Below are positions 9,033 through 18,268 of a DNA stretch of 27,257 bases, in pieces (the first letter of the stretch is position 1; the number at the start of each line of letters is the position of its first letter). This stretch comes from an uncultured bacterium (GTDB lineage Bacteria > Lernaellota > Lernaellaia > Lernaellales > Lernaellaceae): assembly GCA_964534375.1 (NCBI GenBank), contig CAZHPN010000021.1, positions 21,551-48,807 of the forward strand, written 5' to 3'. Position numbers and translations under genes: made by a program. A model generated the notes under the pieces. It had not been told where the DNA came from, made no database searches, and was given only the letters and a program-made list of their open reading frames with translations.

Positions 9033-9352
9033 CGTTTGACCTCCTCCAGCATCACGATCGCGCCGGTGGGGCATTCCGCCGCGCACACGCCGCAGCCTTT
9101 GCAGAAGTTGAAATTGAAGTCGAAGTAGTGCGTGTACATCGCGCCTTCGGGCGCTTTCTGCCGGCGGACGGCGCGGCGCGAATTGTCGGGGCAATAGATC
9201 CAGCAGACGCCGCAGGCGATGCACTTGTTCTCGTCGGTCCGCGGGTAGTTGCTGCGCCAATCGCCGGTTTTGTATTCGACGGCGGTTCCGGGTTCGGACA
9301 CGGCGCAGCCCAGCGGCATTTCGGTCCAGGTGGGCAGCAGTTTGGTTTTCAT
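9029..9352 (-). CDS. porD: pyruvate/2-oxoacid:ferredoxin oxidoreductase delta subunit (2[4Fe-4S])
   Basis: KTGDWR..P, CIACGVCWIYCPD, FCKGCGVCAAECP; start ATG 9352 overlaps the gamma subunit stop. Confidence 0.9.
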   Translation of the reverse strand: MKTKLLPTWTEMPLGCAVSEPGTAVEYKTGDWRSNYPRTDENKCIACGVCWIYCPDNSRRAVRRQKAPEGAMYTHYFDFNFNFCKGCGVCAAECPTGAIVMLEEVKR

Positions 9353-9903
9353 GCGGGGTTCTCCGAAACGGCTTCGTCGAAGGCGCGTTTGAGGACGGCG
9401 AGGTTCTTCGGGCCGATTTTGCCGAACCGTTCCAGCAGCGGCGTCTCCATGCTCGCCAGATTCACGCAGCCGCAGGCCTTGATCGCCGCGCCGAGCATTG
9501 TGGTGTTGGTGATCGGACGGCCGAGTCCTTCCAGCGCGATTTTCGTGGCGTCGACGCAGAAGATCCGGCACTTCAGCTTGTAGCGCTCGCGCAATTCCGC
9601 GGCGGTCTTGTGCGTGTTGACGATGACCACGCCGTCGGCCTTCATGCCGGCTTCGACGTTGACGATGTTCATCAGCGCCTCTTCCAGCACCACCGCGATA
9701 TCGGGCTCGTAAATCGCTTGCCGCAGACGGATCGGCCGCGAATCGATGCGCGCGAACGCCAGCACCGGCGCGCCGCGCCGCTCGGGCCCGAAGCTCGGGA
9801 ACGCCTGCGCGAATTTGCCTTCGGCGATGGCCGCCTGGGCGAGCAGTTCCGCGCTGGTGACGGCGCCTTGGCCGCCGCGGCCGTGAAAGCGTATTTCGAT
9901 CAT
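9349..9903 (-). CDS. porC: pyruvate/2-oxoacid:ferredoxin oxidoreductase gamma subunit
   Basis: [33 protein letters not shown]. Confidence 0.92.
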
Positions 9904-9951
9904 GAGGACAACCTTTCCCTTCAGCGAAATGGCCGCCAATTTTCGGGGCGG

Positions 9952-9980
9952 ATGCTAGTTCCGCGAAAACTGAAAGTCAA
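9952..9980 (-). promoter_or_regulatory. sigma70-type promoter of the por-bfu operon
   Basis: TTGACT-17 nt-TAGCAT about 50 nt upstream of the porC ATG, with AT-rich sequence upstream. Confidence 0.6.
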
Positions 9981-10043
9981 ACGCCGAGAAGTTAGTTATT
10001 TGTGATTATATCTCGCGGAGTTTGCGCCAAGTTTGCACGCGCA

Positions 10044-10197
10044 CTATTCGCCGCAAATCCAAGTCGGGCTGACCTGCGCGCGCCGGACGCCGCCGTCCAC
10101 GCCGAGGCAAACAACCTGCAGCCAGCCGTCCGGCGCGATCGCCATGTTGAGGCCAGTCCCGCCGTAGTTCATGCCTTCATCAGCGTCAATATTGTTT
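10044..10197 (-). pseudogene. probable C-terminal remnant of a secreted beta-propeller-like protein
   Basis: Protein-like stretch NNIDADEGMNYGGTGLNMAIAPDGWLQVVCLGVDGGVRRAQVSPTWICGE* with no credible upstream coding continuation. Confidence 0.3.
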
Positions 10198-10583
10198 GAC
10201 CGTCCACGCGCCGTTATGGAGGACAGCCAACGCCGGGCCGAGGGCCGGAACGATGGCCACCCAAACGTCCCCGTCCGCCGCAGGGCAAACCTATCCAAAC
10301 CCCCAGCAGCTTTTTGACGCAATCGTCGTTCCGTCCGGCCGTGAGCCATTTGGCGGGGGGCCGTGTTTCTCCTTGAGAGGCTTCGTTTTCGCACAGGTTG
10401 ACGCCAATTGGCGCAGGGCGACGAGGTTCTCGGCGGCATCCCGATCCGCGCACGTCCTTTTCCCCGCCCGGCGCAGCGTGCAAACGGCGCGCGACGCGCC
10501 GAACCGCCGGCCGGCCGCCCGTGCAGCCGGCCGGCGTCCCGAACAAGGTGCTCCCAAACAAGGCGCCAGCCACTTCGGAGACG

Positions 10584-10796
10584 GACCCGTGCAGCGGGTG
10601 CGCCCAAGATGGCGGCCCGGCGGGCGGATGTTACTGGCCGTCGCAACTGAGCGGGGCATCCACCGATACCCCCTACTGGTCGTCCTCCGAGGAAGCGGAC
10701 GCCAGCGACGTGGCGCGGATGATCAACTTCAGCTTCGGCTACGTCTACCGCTTCGACGAACCGAACAACTACGACGCGCGTTGCGTTCGTCAGTGA
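10584..10796 (+). pseudogene. C-terminal fragment of a DUF1566/Lcl (C-type-lectin-like) domain protein
   Basis: DPCSGC..GGPAGGCYWPSQLSG...YWSSS...ARMINFSFGYV...ARCVRQ* matches the YWSSS...F..G...RCVR end of DUF1566; in-frame sequence upstream does not look protein-like. Confidence 0.65.
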
Positions 10797-10884
10797 ACGG
10801 ACCGTAGAAATAGGTTCCTTGCAGGCTGTTGGGAACGCACACCATGACACTTGACACAGCAGCATTATTTGGCCACAAGGATCT

Positions 10885-12186
10885 ATGCCGCGGAGTGCAA
10901 AAGTCCTGGTCGCCTTTTCAGCCTTTCTCCTTGTCATGGCTTGGCCCCTTTCGGCCGAACGGTCGGATAACCAATGGCCAGCAGCGGCAAAGCGAGAACT
11001 CGTATGGTCGGCGCCGGGACAAGAAATTCTTACGCCGCAATTTTCGCAGGATGGAGATTTCATTACTCTTGTGACGCGCGGCTATTCACCGGACGGCTGT
11101 GACGCCGAAGGACTGCCGGACTCTTACTTCAAGGCGCTGGAAGCGAAAGAAAAAGCCAATCCGCGCTTTGCTGATCCGGTCATCAAAGTGATCGACTTGC
11201 GCGGAAACATCGCCTGCGAAGTCAAATACGGATGGCATCCAAGCCTTTCTCGCGATAGCAAACGACTGGTTTTTTCGGAGCAAGTCAAGCCTATTACTGG
11301 CCTTCGAGCGCTTGCCGCAACAATGGAAGGCAATGGCATTCGAATGTATGACTGCGCATCAAAGCAAATCGTGAAGATCGCCGACCCGCATACGGGCTAC
11401 CTTGACAATCCTTTTTTCTCGCCGGGTGGCGGATCAATCATGTATACCTACGATGAGGCCGTAAACGGCGCATTTGGCGGCGCCGTTGGGATTTCTCGAT
11501 TTGATTTGCAGCAAAATGGCGAGATAACGCTCGTCGACAAGAAAACCGTTGCTGCCGTCCCATGTCCGCCCGCGCGCTCCGAGGGATCTCGCCTTGAAGC
11601 AATTCTGTGTTCGCATTTGAAAAATCAACCGAGCAGCTTTTCCCAGATCGTCTACATGGTCGTTCCCGTTGGAAATGATGTTGTCGCATTGTTGGGCACG
11701 CCGCTTCCCGCGCCCGGCGACATGTACATGGCCAACAGTTACGACATGAGCTTGGTTTCCGTGTATCCTGCGCTACGATTGGTCTTGTCGTTCGGAGTGC
11801 GGAAAGCTGCCGACAAGATTGCCTTTCAAACTGTGTCGGGCGAAAGGATCCTGATTTTCTCGGAATATTGGAAGGCCTATTCGCTTTCAACGGGAAAGCC
11901 GCTGCCGGACATCGGGCCTAAAAATACAAACCTGAAGAGCACATACAGTCCTGATCTCAAATATTACCTCCGCGCCCAAGCGGCTCAACGAGACGGAGAA
12001 CCGGACCGTTTTGTGCTGTATCGTACGGCCGACGGCAAGCGACTCGAAAGCCTGCCTAGAATGGCGCGCGCAGATGAGGCGGTGTGGAGTCTAGATTCGA
12101 GTCGATTCGCGATAGTCGGAGTGCCGATTGCTGGCGCGAAGCCGACGCATCACGTGGAACAACTGATCGTTTACTCCGTTCGCTAG
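10885..12186 (+). CDS. secreted TolB/PD40-like beta-propeller protein, function unknown
   Basis: Signal peptide (VLVAFSAFLLVMAWPLSA); repeated blade motifs PQFSQDG, PSLSRDS, PFFSPGG, YSPDLK, WSLDSS; 433 aa; visibly more A/T-ending codons than neighbours. Confidence 0.7.
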   Translation: MPRSAKVLVAFSAFLLVMAWPLSAERSDNQWPAAAKRELVWSAPGQEILTPQFSQDGDFITLVTRGYSPDGCDAEGLPDSYFKALEAKEKANPRFADPVIKVIDLRGNIACEVKYGWHPSLSRDSKRLVFSEQVKPITGLRALAATMEGNGIRMYDCASKQIVKIADPHTGYLDNPFFSPGGGSIMYTYDEAVNGAFGGAVGISRFDLQQNGEITLVDKKTVAAVPCPPARSEGSRLEAILCSHLKNQPSSFSQIVYMVVPVGNDVVALLGTPLPAPGDMYMANSYDMSLVSVYPALRLVLSFGVRKAADKIAFQTVSGERILIFSEYWKAYSLSTGKPLPDIGPKNTNLKSTYSPDLKYYLRAQAAQRDGEPDRFVLYRTADGKRLESLPRMARADEAVWSLDSSRFAIVGVPIAGAKPTHHVEQLIVYSVR

Positions 12187-12218
12187 TCTGGAAATCCGGC
12201 GCCGACGCGCGTCAAACG

Positions 12219-12243
12219 GGGTGGCCTTTGCCGCCTAATTTTT
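12219..12243 (+). terminator. weak intrinsic terminator candidate between the propeller gene and convergent pilS
   Basis: GGGTGGC-CTTT-GCCGCCT hairpin followed by AATTTTT. Confidence 0.3.
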
Positions 12244-13923
12244 ATAGATCGTTATCGGATAGTCTTTGGTCGAAGGCAGGAGCACGTGAAAAACGGCGCC
12301 GCCGCCGCCCGGCGAGTCGACGAAAATCTTGCCGTTGTGATTTTCCACGATGCGGTAGGCGATGGTCAGGCCCAGGCCGGTGCCTTTTTCCTTGGTCGTG
12401 AAGAACGGATCGAAGATCGAGCCCATGATGTCCTTGTCGATGCCCTTGCCGGTGTCGCGCACCTCGACCTCGGCGTACCCGGGGTAGCGCGTCGAAAACC
12501 GCGCGACGACGGTCAGCGCGCCGGGGCCGTCGTCCATGGCTTGGACAGCGTTCAGGCACAGGTTCCAGAACAACTGGCGAATCTGGTCGGGGTCAAAGCG
12601 ACAGATGAGGTTTTTTTGCAAATCGGACTCGATCACGATGCGGTCCTGGACGGCGGGATCATGAGCCAACACGCCCAGTTGCTCGGCCAGAATCTCGGAA
12701 AGATCGGCGATGGAATCGTGCCGCTGCGCCGGCCGCGCGTAGGTCAGGAACTCGTTGATCAGCTTGTTGAGCCGATCGGTCTCGCGCATGACGATGTTCA
12801 TCAGTTGCGTGTGGATGGGGTCCAACTGCAATTCGCTTTGCAGCAATTGAATGGCGCCGGACATGCTGGCCAGCGGGTTGCGAATTTCGTGGGCCATGCC
12901 GGCCGCCAGCTTGCCGATGGCCGCTTGCCGGTCCGCCTGTTTCGCGGCCTGCTCCAACTCGCGCAATGCGGTGACGTCCTGGAGGGTCACGACCCGGCCC
13001 GCCACCTGGCCGCCGGCGTCGCGCAGGTTGTGCGCCGTAATCGACAGCACCGATCGTCGGTCGGAATCCGGACTGAAATCGACGTCCATCGGACTGACGT
13101 GCCCGACGGACGCGCCTAACGGCGGCAGCAATTCGCCGAGCCGGCGGCCGCGCAACTCCGGGTCGCCACGGCCGAGAATCGGTTGGACCGCCTCATTGGC
13201 GAAAATCACCACGCCGCGCCGGTCGCACGTGATCAGGCCGATGGGCAGCGACTGCACGATGTTCTTGTTCAGAATCCTGAGATCTTCCATTTCCTGGGTT
13301 TGCCGCTGAAGTTGCAGCGACGCGGCTTGCGTCCGGGCGGCGAGGTAACTGGCCATCATTCCCGACGCGAAGTAGGCGAGGGCGTTAAGGAGGATCTTGA
13401 CGAAGACTTCCTCGTTCGTCGGCGGCTTGAGATCGAGGCCCAGCAGATCGAACGGTTGCCACACGCCCCAGAGTTGCCCGCAAAGCACGGCCGCGTAGGC
13501 GACCGAACTGGCGAAGGCGATGAAGATGCTCTGTCCCCGGCCGATGAAGATGCCGGCGTAGATGATGGTCAGCACGTACAGGAACGAGAACAGGCTGAAG
13601 AATGAGCCGGTGAAGTACACGAGCACCGTGACGAACAGGAAGTCCCAGTAGATCTGGAAGAGCACGAACAGCCGGCTGGACGCTTTGCGTTCGATCAGCG
13701 TCGCGGAAAGCAACGTGATCAGCACGTTGACGCCGATCATGCCGTAGACGACGGCGGACGAGCGGGGCCCATAAAGAACGTACGTCGATCCGAGGATGAA
13801 GAACGCGACGACGACGCGGAGGAACACGAGCCATTGGAGCAGGCGCACCTGCTCGGGCGCCGAGCCGGCCGCAATTTTGAAAGGCGCGGCGGGGGCGGAG
13901 ATTTTCGCCGGCTTACTTGCCAA
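12235..13923 (-). CDS. pilS: PilS-type membrane sensor histidine kinase (TM-PAS-HisKA-HATPase)
   Basis: Several TM helices, PAS-like region, AHEIRNPLASM H-box, NAVQAM, DTGKGI, FDPFFTTK, GTGLGL; directly follows pilC. Start uncertain (TTG 13923 or GTG 13848). Confidence 0.8.
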   Translation of the reverse strand: MASKPAKISAPAAPFKIAAGSAPEQVRLLQWLVFLRVVVAFFILGSTYVLYGPRSSAVVYGMIGVNVLITLLSATLIERKASSRLFVLFQIYWDFLFVTVLVYFTGSFFSLFSFLYVLTIIYAGIFIGRGQSIFIAFASSVAYAAVLCGQLWGVWQPFDLLGLDLKPPTNEEVFVKILLNALAYFASGMMASYLAARTQAASLQLQRQTQEMEDLRILNKNIVQSLPIGLITCDRRGVVIFANEAVQPILGRGDPELRGRRLGELLPPLGASVGHVSPMDVDFSPDSDRRSVLSITAHNLRDAGGQVAGRVVTLQDVTALRELEQAAKQADRQAAIGKLAAGMAHEIRNPLASMSGAIQLLQSELQLDPIHTQLMNIVMRETDRLNKLINEFLTYARPAQRHDSIADLSEILAEQLGVLAHDPAVQDRIVIESDLQKNLICRFDPDQIRQLFWNLCLNAVQAMDDGPGALTVVARFSTRYPGYAEVEVRDTGKGIDKDIMGSIFDPFFTTKEKGTGLGLTIAYRIVENHNGKIFVDSPGGGGAVFHVLLPSTKDYPITIYKN

Positions 13924-15130
13924 TGACCGTGACGATCTTGAAGATCGGCAGGTACATGGTGACCAGCAATCCACCGACGACGATGCCGAGGAACACCATC
14001 ATGAACGGTTCCAACAGTTTCGTCAGGCTGTCGGTGGCGACGTCGACTTCATCCTCGTAAAAATCGGCGATTTTCGCGAGCATGACGTCCAGCGCGCCGG
14101 TGGCTTCGCCGACCGTGATCATTTGGCACACCATCGGCGGAAACACCCCCGACTCCAGCAACGGCTCGGCGATCGTTTTGCCTTCGGCGATGCTGTCCTT
14201 GGTTCTCAAGATGGCCTTCTCGATCGTGCTGTTGCCGGCGGTCTTCGCGACAATTTCCAGGCCGTCGAGAATGGGCACGCCGGACGTAATCATCGTGCCG
14301 AGCGTGCGAGTGAACTTGGCCACGGCCTGTTTCCTGATCAGATCGCCGAAGACGGGCAGCTTTAGGGAAACGCTGTCTTTGAGGATCTTTCCCTTGGCGG
14401 TGTTGATCAGGAATTTATAAAGATAAACCAAGCCGACGATGGACGGAAACAGAATGTACCACCAGTTGCGCACAAACTGCGACAGATTCACGACGACCTG
14501 CGTCGGCCCCGGCAACTGGCCGCCGAAGTCTTCGAACATCTTCTTGAACGTCGGGATGACGAAGATCAGCATGATCATCATGACGACGAATGCGATAATC
14601 ATGACGACCATCGGGTACATCAACGCGCCCTTGACCTTGCCGCGCAATTTCGCCGACTTTTCCATGTACGCCGACAGGCGGTTCATGATCGTATCGAGAA
14701 TACCGCCGACTTCGCCCGCCGCGACCAGCGCGACGTACAATTGGTCGAAAACCTTCGGGTGCTTGCCCAGCGCCTTCGCGAACGTCGAACCGGATTCGAC
14801 GTCGGTTTTCACGTCGCCCAGCACCTTCTGGAACGACTTGTTGTCCTGTTGGTTGATCAGGATTTCCAGGCATTGCACCAGCGGCAGACCGGCGTCGATC
14901 ATCGTGGCGAACTGCCGCGAAAAAATGACGACGTCCTGGTCGGTAATCTTCGGCGCGCCGCCAATGTTGATATTGAGCAGCATCTCGCCTTTGGATTTGC
15001 CCTTGATCTTCGCGGGCATAATCTGCTGGCTGCGCAATTTCGCGCTGACGGCTTCCTCGCTGGGAGCGTCCATCTCCCCTTTGAGCGTTTGACCCGTCCG
15101 GCTTTTGCCTTCCCACTTGTATATCGGCAT
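13913..15130 (-). CDS. pilC: type IV pilus inner-membrane platform protein PilC
   Basis: FSRQFATMIDAGLPLVQCL, AGEVGGILD, ALMYP, FTRTLGTMITSGVPI, GEATGALD, LLEP...YLPIF. Confidence 0.95.
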   Translation of the reverse strand: MPIYKWEGKSRTGQTLKGEMDAPSEEAVSAKLRSQQIMPAKIKGKSKGEMLLNINIGGAPKITDQDVVIFSRQFATMIDAGLPLVQCLEILINQQDNKSFQKVLGDVKTDVESGSTFAKALGKHPKVFDQLYVALVAAGEVGGILDTIMNRLSAYMEKSAKLRGKVKGALMYPMVVMIIAFVVMMIMLIFVIPTFKKMFEDFGGQLPGPTQVVVNLSQFVRNWWYILFPSIVGLVYLYKFLINTAKGKILKDSVSLKLPVFGDLIRKQAVAKFTRTLGTMITSGVPILDGLEIVAKTAGNSTIEKAILRTKDSIAEGKTIAEPLLESGVFPPMVCQMITVGEATGALDVMLAKIADFYEDEVDVATDSLTKLLEPFMMVFLGIVVGGLLVTMYLPIFKIVTVIGK

Positions 15131-15174
15131 CGAGCGAACCTCCCGGCTGCTGCACTACTCCCTAGTCTACCACA

Positions 15175-16257
<1,083 letters not shown>

Positions 16258-16354
16258 GACTTCGTCCCCCCGGTTGTTGATCTGCCTCGCAGCCGCGTCG
16301 CGTTTGCCCCCCGCGGCACACCAACCCCTGGCCGACGAGCGCCGGATCCCGGCG

Positions 16355-18097
16355 TCAGTCGGTGGCCGTCACGCGCACCACCTCGTCGATGGTCGTTGTG
16401 CCGTCGCCGATTTTCGTGATGCCCGCCTGCCGCATTGTCTTCATGCCGAGCCGGATTGCCTCGCGTTTGATTTCCGAAGTCGAAGCGCCGTTCAGCACGA
16501 ACTCCTTGATCTCTTCCCAGAGCGGCATGACCTCGGACAACGCGATGCGGCCCTTGTAACCCGTCTTCGAGCACTTCATGCAACCGGCGCCCTTGAAGCA
16601 TTCCATCGACTGCGCCATTTCGTCGGTCGCCTGAATGTCCTTGAGAACCTGCGGGCTGACCTCGATGTGGTCTTTGCAGCCGGTGCAGATTTTTCGCACG
16701 AGGCGCTGGGCCTGGATGAGCAGCACCGACGCGGTGACCAGAAATGGCTCGATGCCCATGTTGAGCAAACGGTTGATGCTCGACGGCGCGTCGTTGGTGT
16801 GCAGCGTCGAGAGCACCAAGTGGCCCGTCAGTGCGGCCTTGACCGCAATTTCCGCCGTTTCATAGTCGCGGATCTCGCCGACCATGATGATGTCGGGGTC
16901 TTGCCGGAGGAAGGACCGCAGCGCGGCCGCGAAATTGAGGCCGATCGCGTCATGCATCTGCACCTGGTTGACGCCCTTGAGCGTGTATTCCACCGGGTCT
17001 TCCGCGGTGCTGATGTTGTCGTGAACCGTGTTGAGTTCGGTCAACGCCGAATACAGCGTGGTCGTCTTGCCGGAGCCGGTGGGGCCGGTGACCAGCACCA
17101 TGCCGAACGGCTTGTGGATCGCTTCTTTGAACCACTTGAGCGGCCCCTCTTCGAAGCCGAGTTTGGTCATGTCCAGTTGCAGGCTGTCTTTATCGAGCAA
17201 GCGGAGCACGACCTTCTCGCCGAAAATCGTCGGGATTGACGAAACACGGAAGTCCATTTCTTTGCCCTTGGCGGTTTTCAGCCGGATGCGGCCGTCCTGC
17301 GGCAGGCGGCGTTCGGCGATGTCGAGTTCGGACATGATCTTCAAGCGGGACGTAATCGCGTTTTGCAATTTGCGCGGCGGGTCCATGACCTTATGGAGCA
17401 CGCCGTCGATGCGGTAGCGCACGCGGAAACTTTTTTCGTACGGTTCGACGTGGATGTCCGACGCGCCCTTTTTGATGGCGTCGGAAAGGATCAGGTTCAC
17501 TAGCTTGACGACCGGCGCGTCCTCGGCCGCTTTTTCCAATTCCTTGAAGTTGACGTCTTCTTCGTTTTCGATCAGTTCGAGTTCTTCTTCGTCGAACGTC
17601 TCGATGACTTTCTCGAAATCCTCGGTCGTGCTGGTGTCGTAATATTTTTCCACGGTCGCCATAATCGAGTCTTCCGTCGCGACCACGGCCTCGATGTTGT
17701 ACCCGGTCATGAACTTGATGTCGTCGATGGCGATAATGTTCGACGGATCCGCCATCGCCACGATCAGCGAATTGTCCGCCTTGCTGATCGGAATGACCTT
17801 GTACTTTTCCGCCACGTCGCGTGGAATCAACTTAATTACTTCCGGATCGATTTCAAATTCGGACAAGTTGATCGACGGCACGTTGTATTGGCGCGAGAGA
17901 ATGTCCGCTAATTCGCTCTCTTCGAGATAGCCGAGCCGCGACAAGTGATACGACAGGCGGCCGCCGGAGACTTTTTGTTCCGCCAGCGCGGTTTCCAGTT
18001 GTTCCGGACTGATCAAATCTTCCCGTACTAGCAGTTCGCCGAGTTTTTCGTCCGGCGCCCCGCTCACACCTTTGCTGTTCTTCGTTTCCGCGCTCAT
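16355..18097 (-). CDS. pilB: type IV pilus assembly ATPase PilB
   Basis: N-terminal KLGELLV, ASDIHVEP, ERRLPQDGR, GPTGSGKTTT, LRQDPDIIMVGEIRD, Zn motif CTGC/CMKC; start ATG 18097 with SD GGAGGT. Confidence 0.95.
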   Translation of the reverse strand: MSAETKNSKGVSGAPDEKLGELLVREDLISPEQLETALAEQKVSGGRLSYHLSRLGYLEESELADILSRQYNVPSINLSEFEIDPEVIKLIPRDVAEKYKVIPISKADNSLIVAMADPSNIIAIDDIKFMTGYNIEAVVATEDSIMATVEKYYDTSTTEDFEKVIETFDEEELELIENEEDVNFKELEKAAEDAPVVKLVNLILSDAIKKGASDIHVEPYEKSFRVRYRIDGVLHKVMDPPRKLQNAITSRLKIMSELDIAERRLPQDGRIRLKTAKGKEMDFRVSSIPTIFGEKVVLRLLDKDSLQLDMTKLGFEEGPLKWFKEAIHKPFGMVLVTGPTGSGKTTTLYSALTELNTVHDNISTAEDPVEYTLKGVNQVQMHDAIGLNFAAALRSFLRQDPDIIMVGEIRDYETAEIAVKAALTGHLVLSTLHTNDAPSSINRLLNMGIEPFLVTASVLLIQAQRLVRKICTGCKDHIEVSPQVLKDIQATDEMAQSMECFKGAGCMKCSKTGYKGRIALSEVMPLWEEIKEFVLNGASTSEIKREAIRLGMKTMRQAGITKIGDGTTTIDEVVRVTATD

Positions 18098-18161
18098 TAA
18101 TAGAACCTCCGACTGCAAAAATACGCTCTCCCGGCCTGGGCCGGGGAAGACAACCCGTTCG

Positions 18162-18191
18162 ACTCTACTCGCCGCTCATTCTTTCTGTCAA
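18162..18191 (-). promoter_or_regulatory. sigma70-type promoter of pilBTCS
   Basis: TTGACA-18 nt-TAGAGT about 65 nt upstream of pilB. Confidence 0.55.
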
Positions 18192-18268
18192 GCGCTAGCG
18201 ACGGCTGAAGCCGCCGCCGACAGCGTTTGCCCGCTGGGTCGGACAAAGCCGTATCTAACCGAAATATC

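Noticed and set aside
525..9583. Long plus-strand ORFs (e.g. 525-2447, 3862-6510, 6928-7866, 7905-9128)
   Set aside because: Antisense shadows of well-supported minus-strand genes in GC-rich DNA; no recognisable motifs
10000..10017. Possible Rex operator (TTGTGA half-site) upstream of the por promoter
   Set aside because: The second half-site (CTCGCG) does not match TCACAA
10851..10879. TTGACA upstream of the propeller gene as a promoter
   Set aside because: No acceptable -10 at 16-18 nt spacing
10044..11063. 339 aa minus ORF and 203 aa plus ORF (10196-10807) as intact genes
   Set aside because: Mostly Arg/Ala/Pro-rich non-protein-like sequence overlapping better-supported remnants; only short segments look coding
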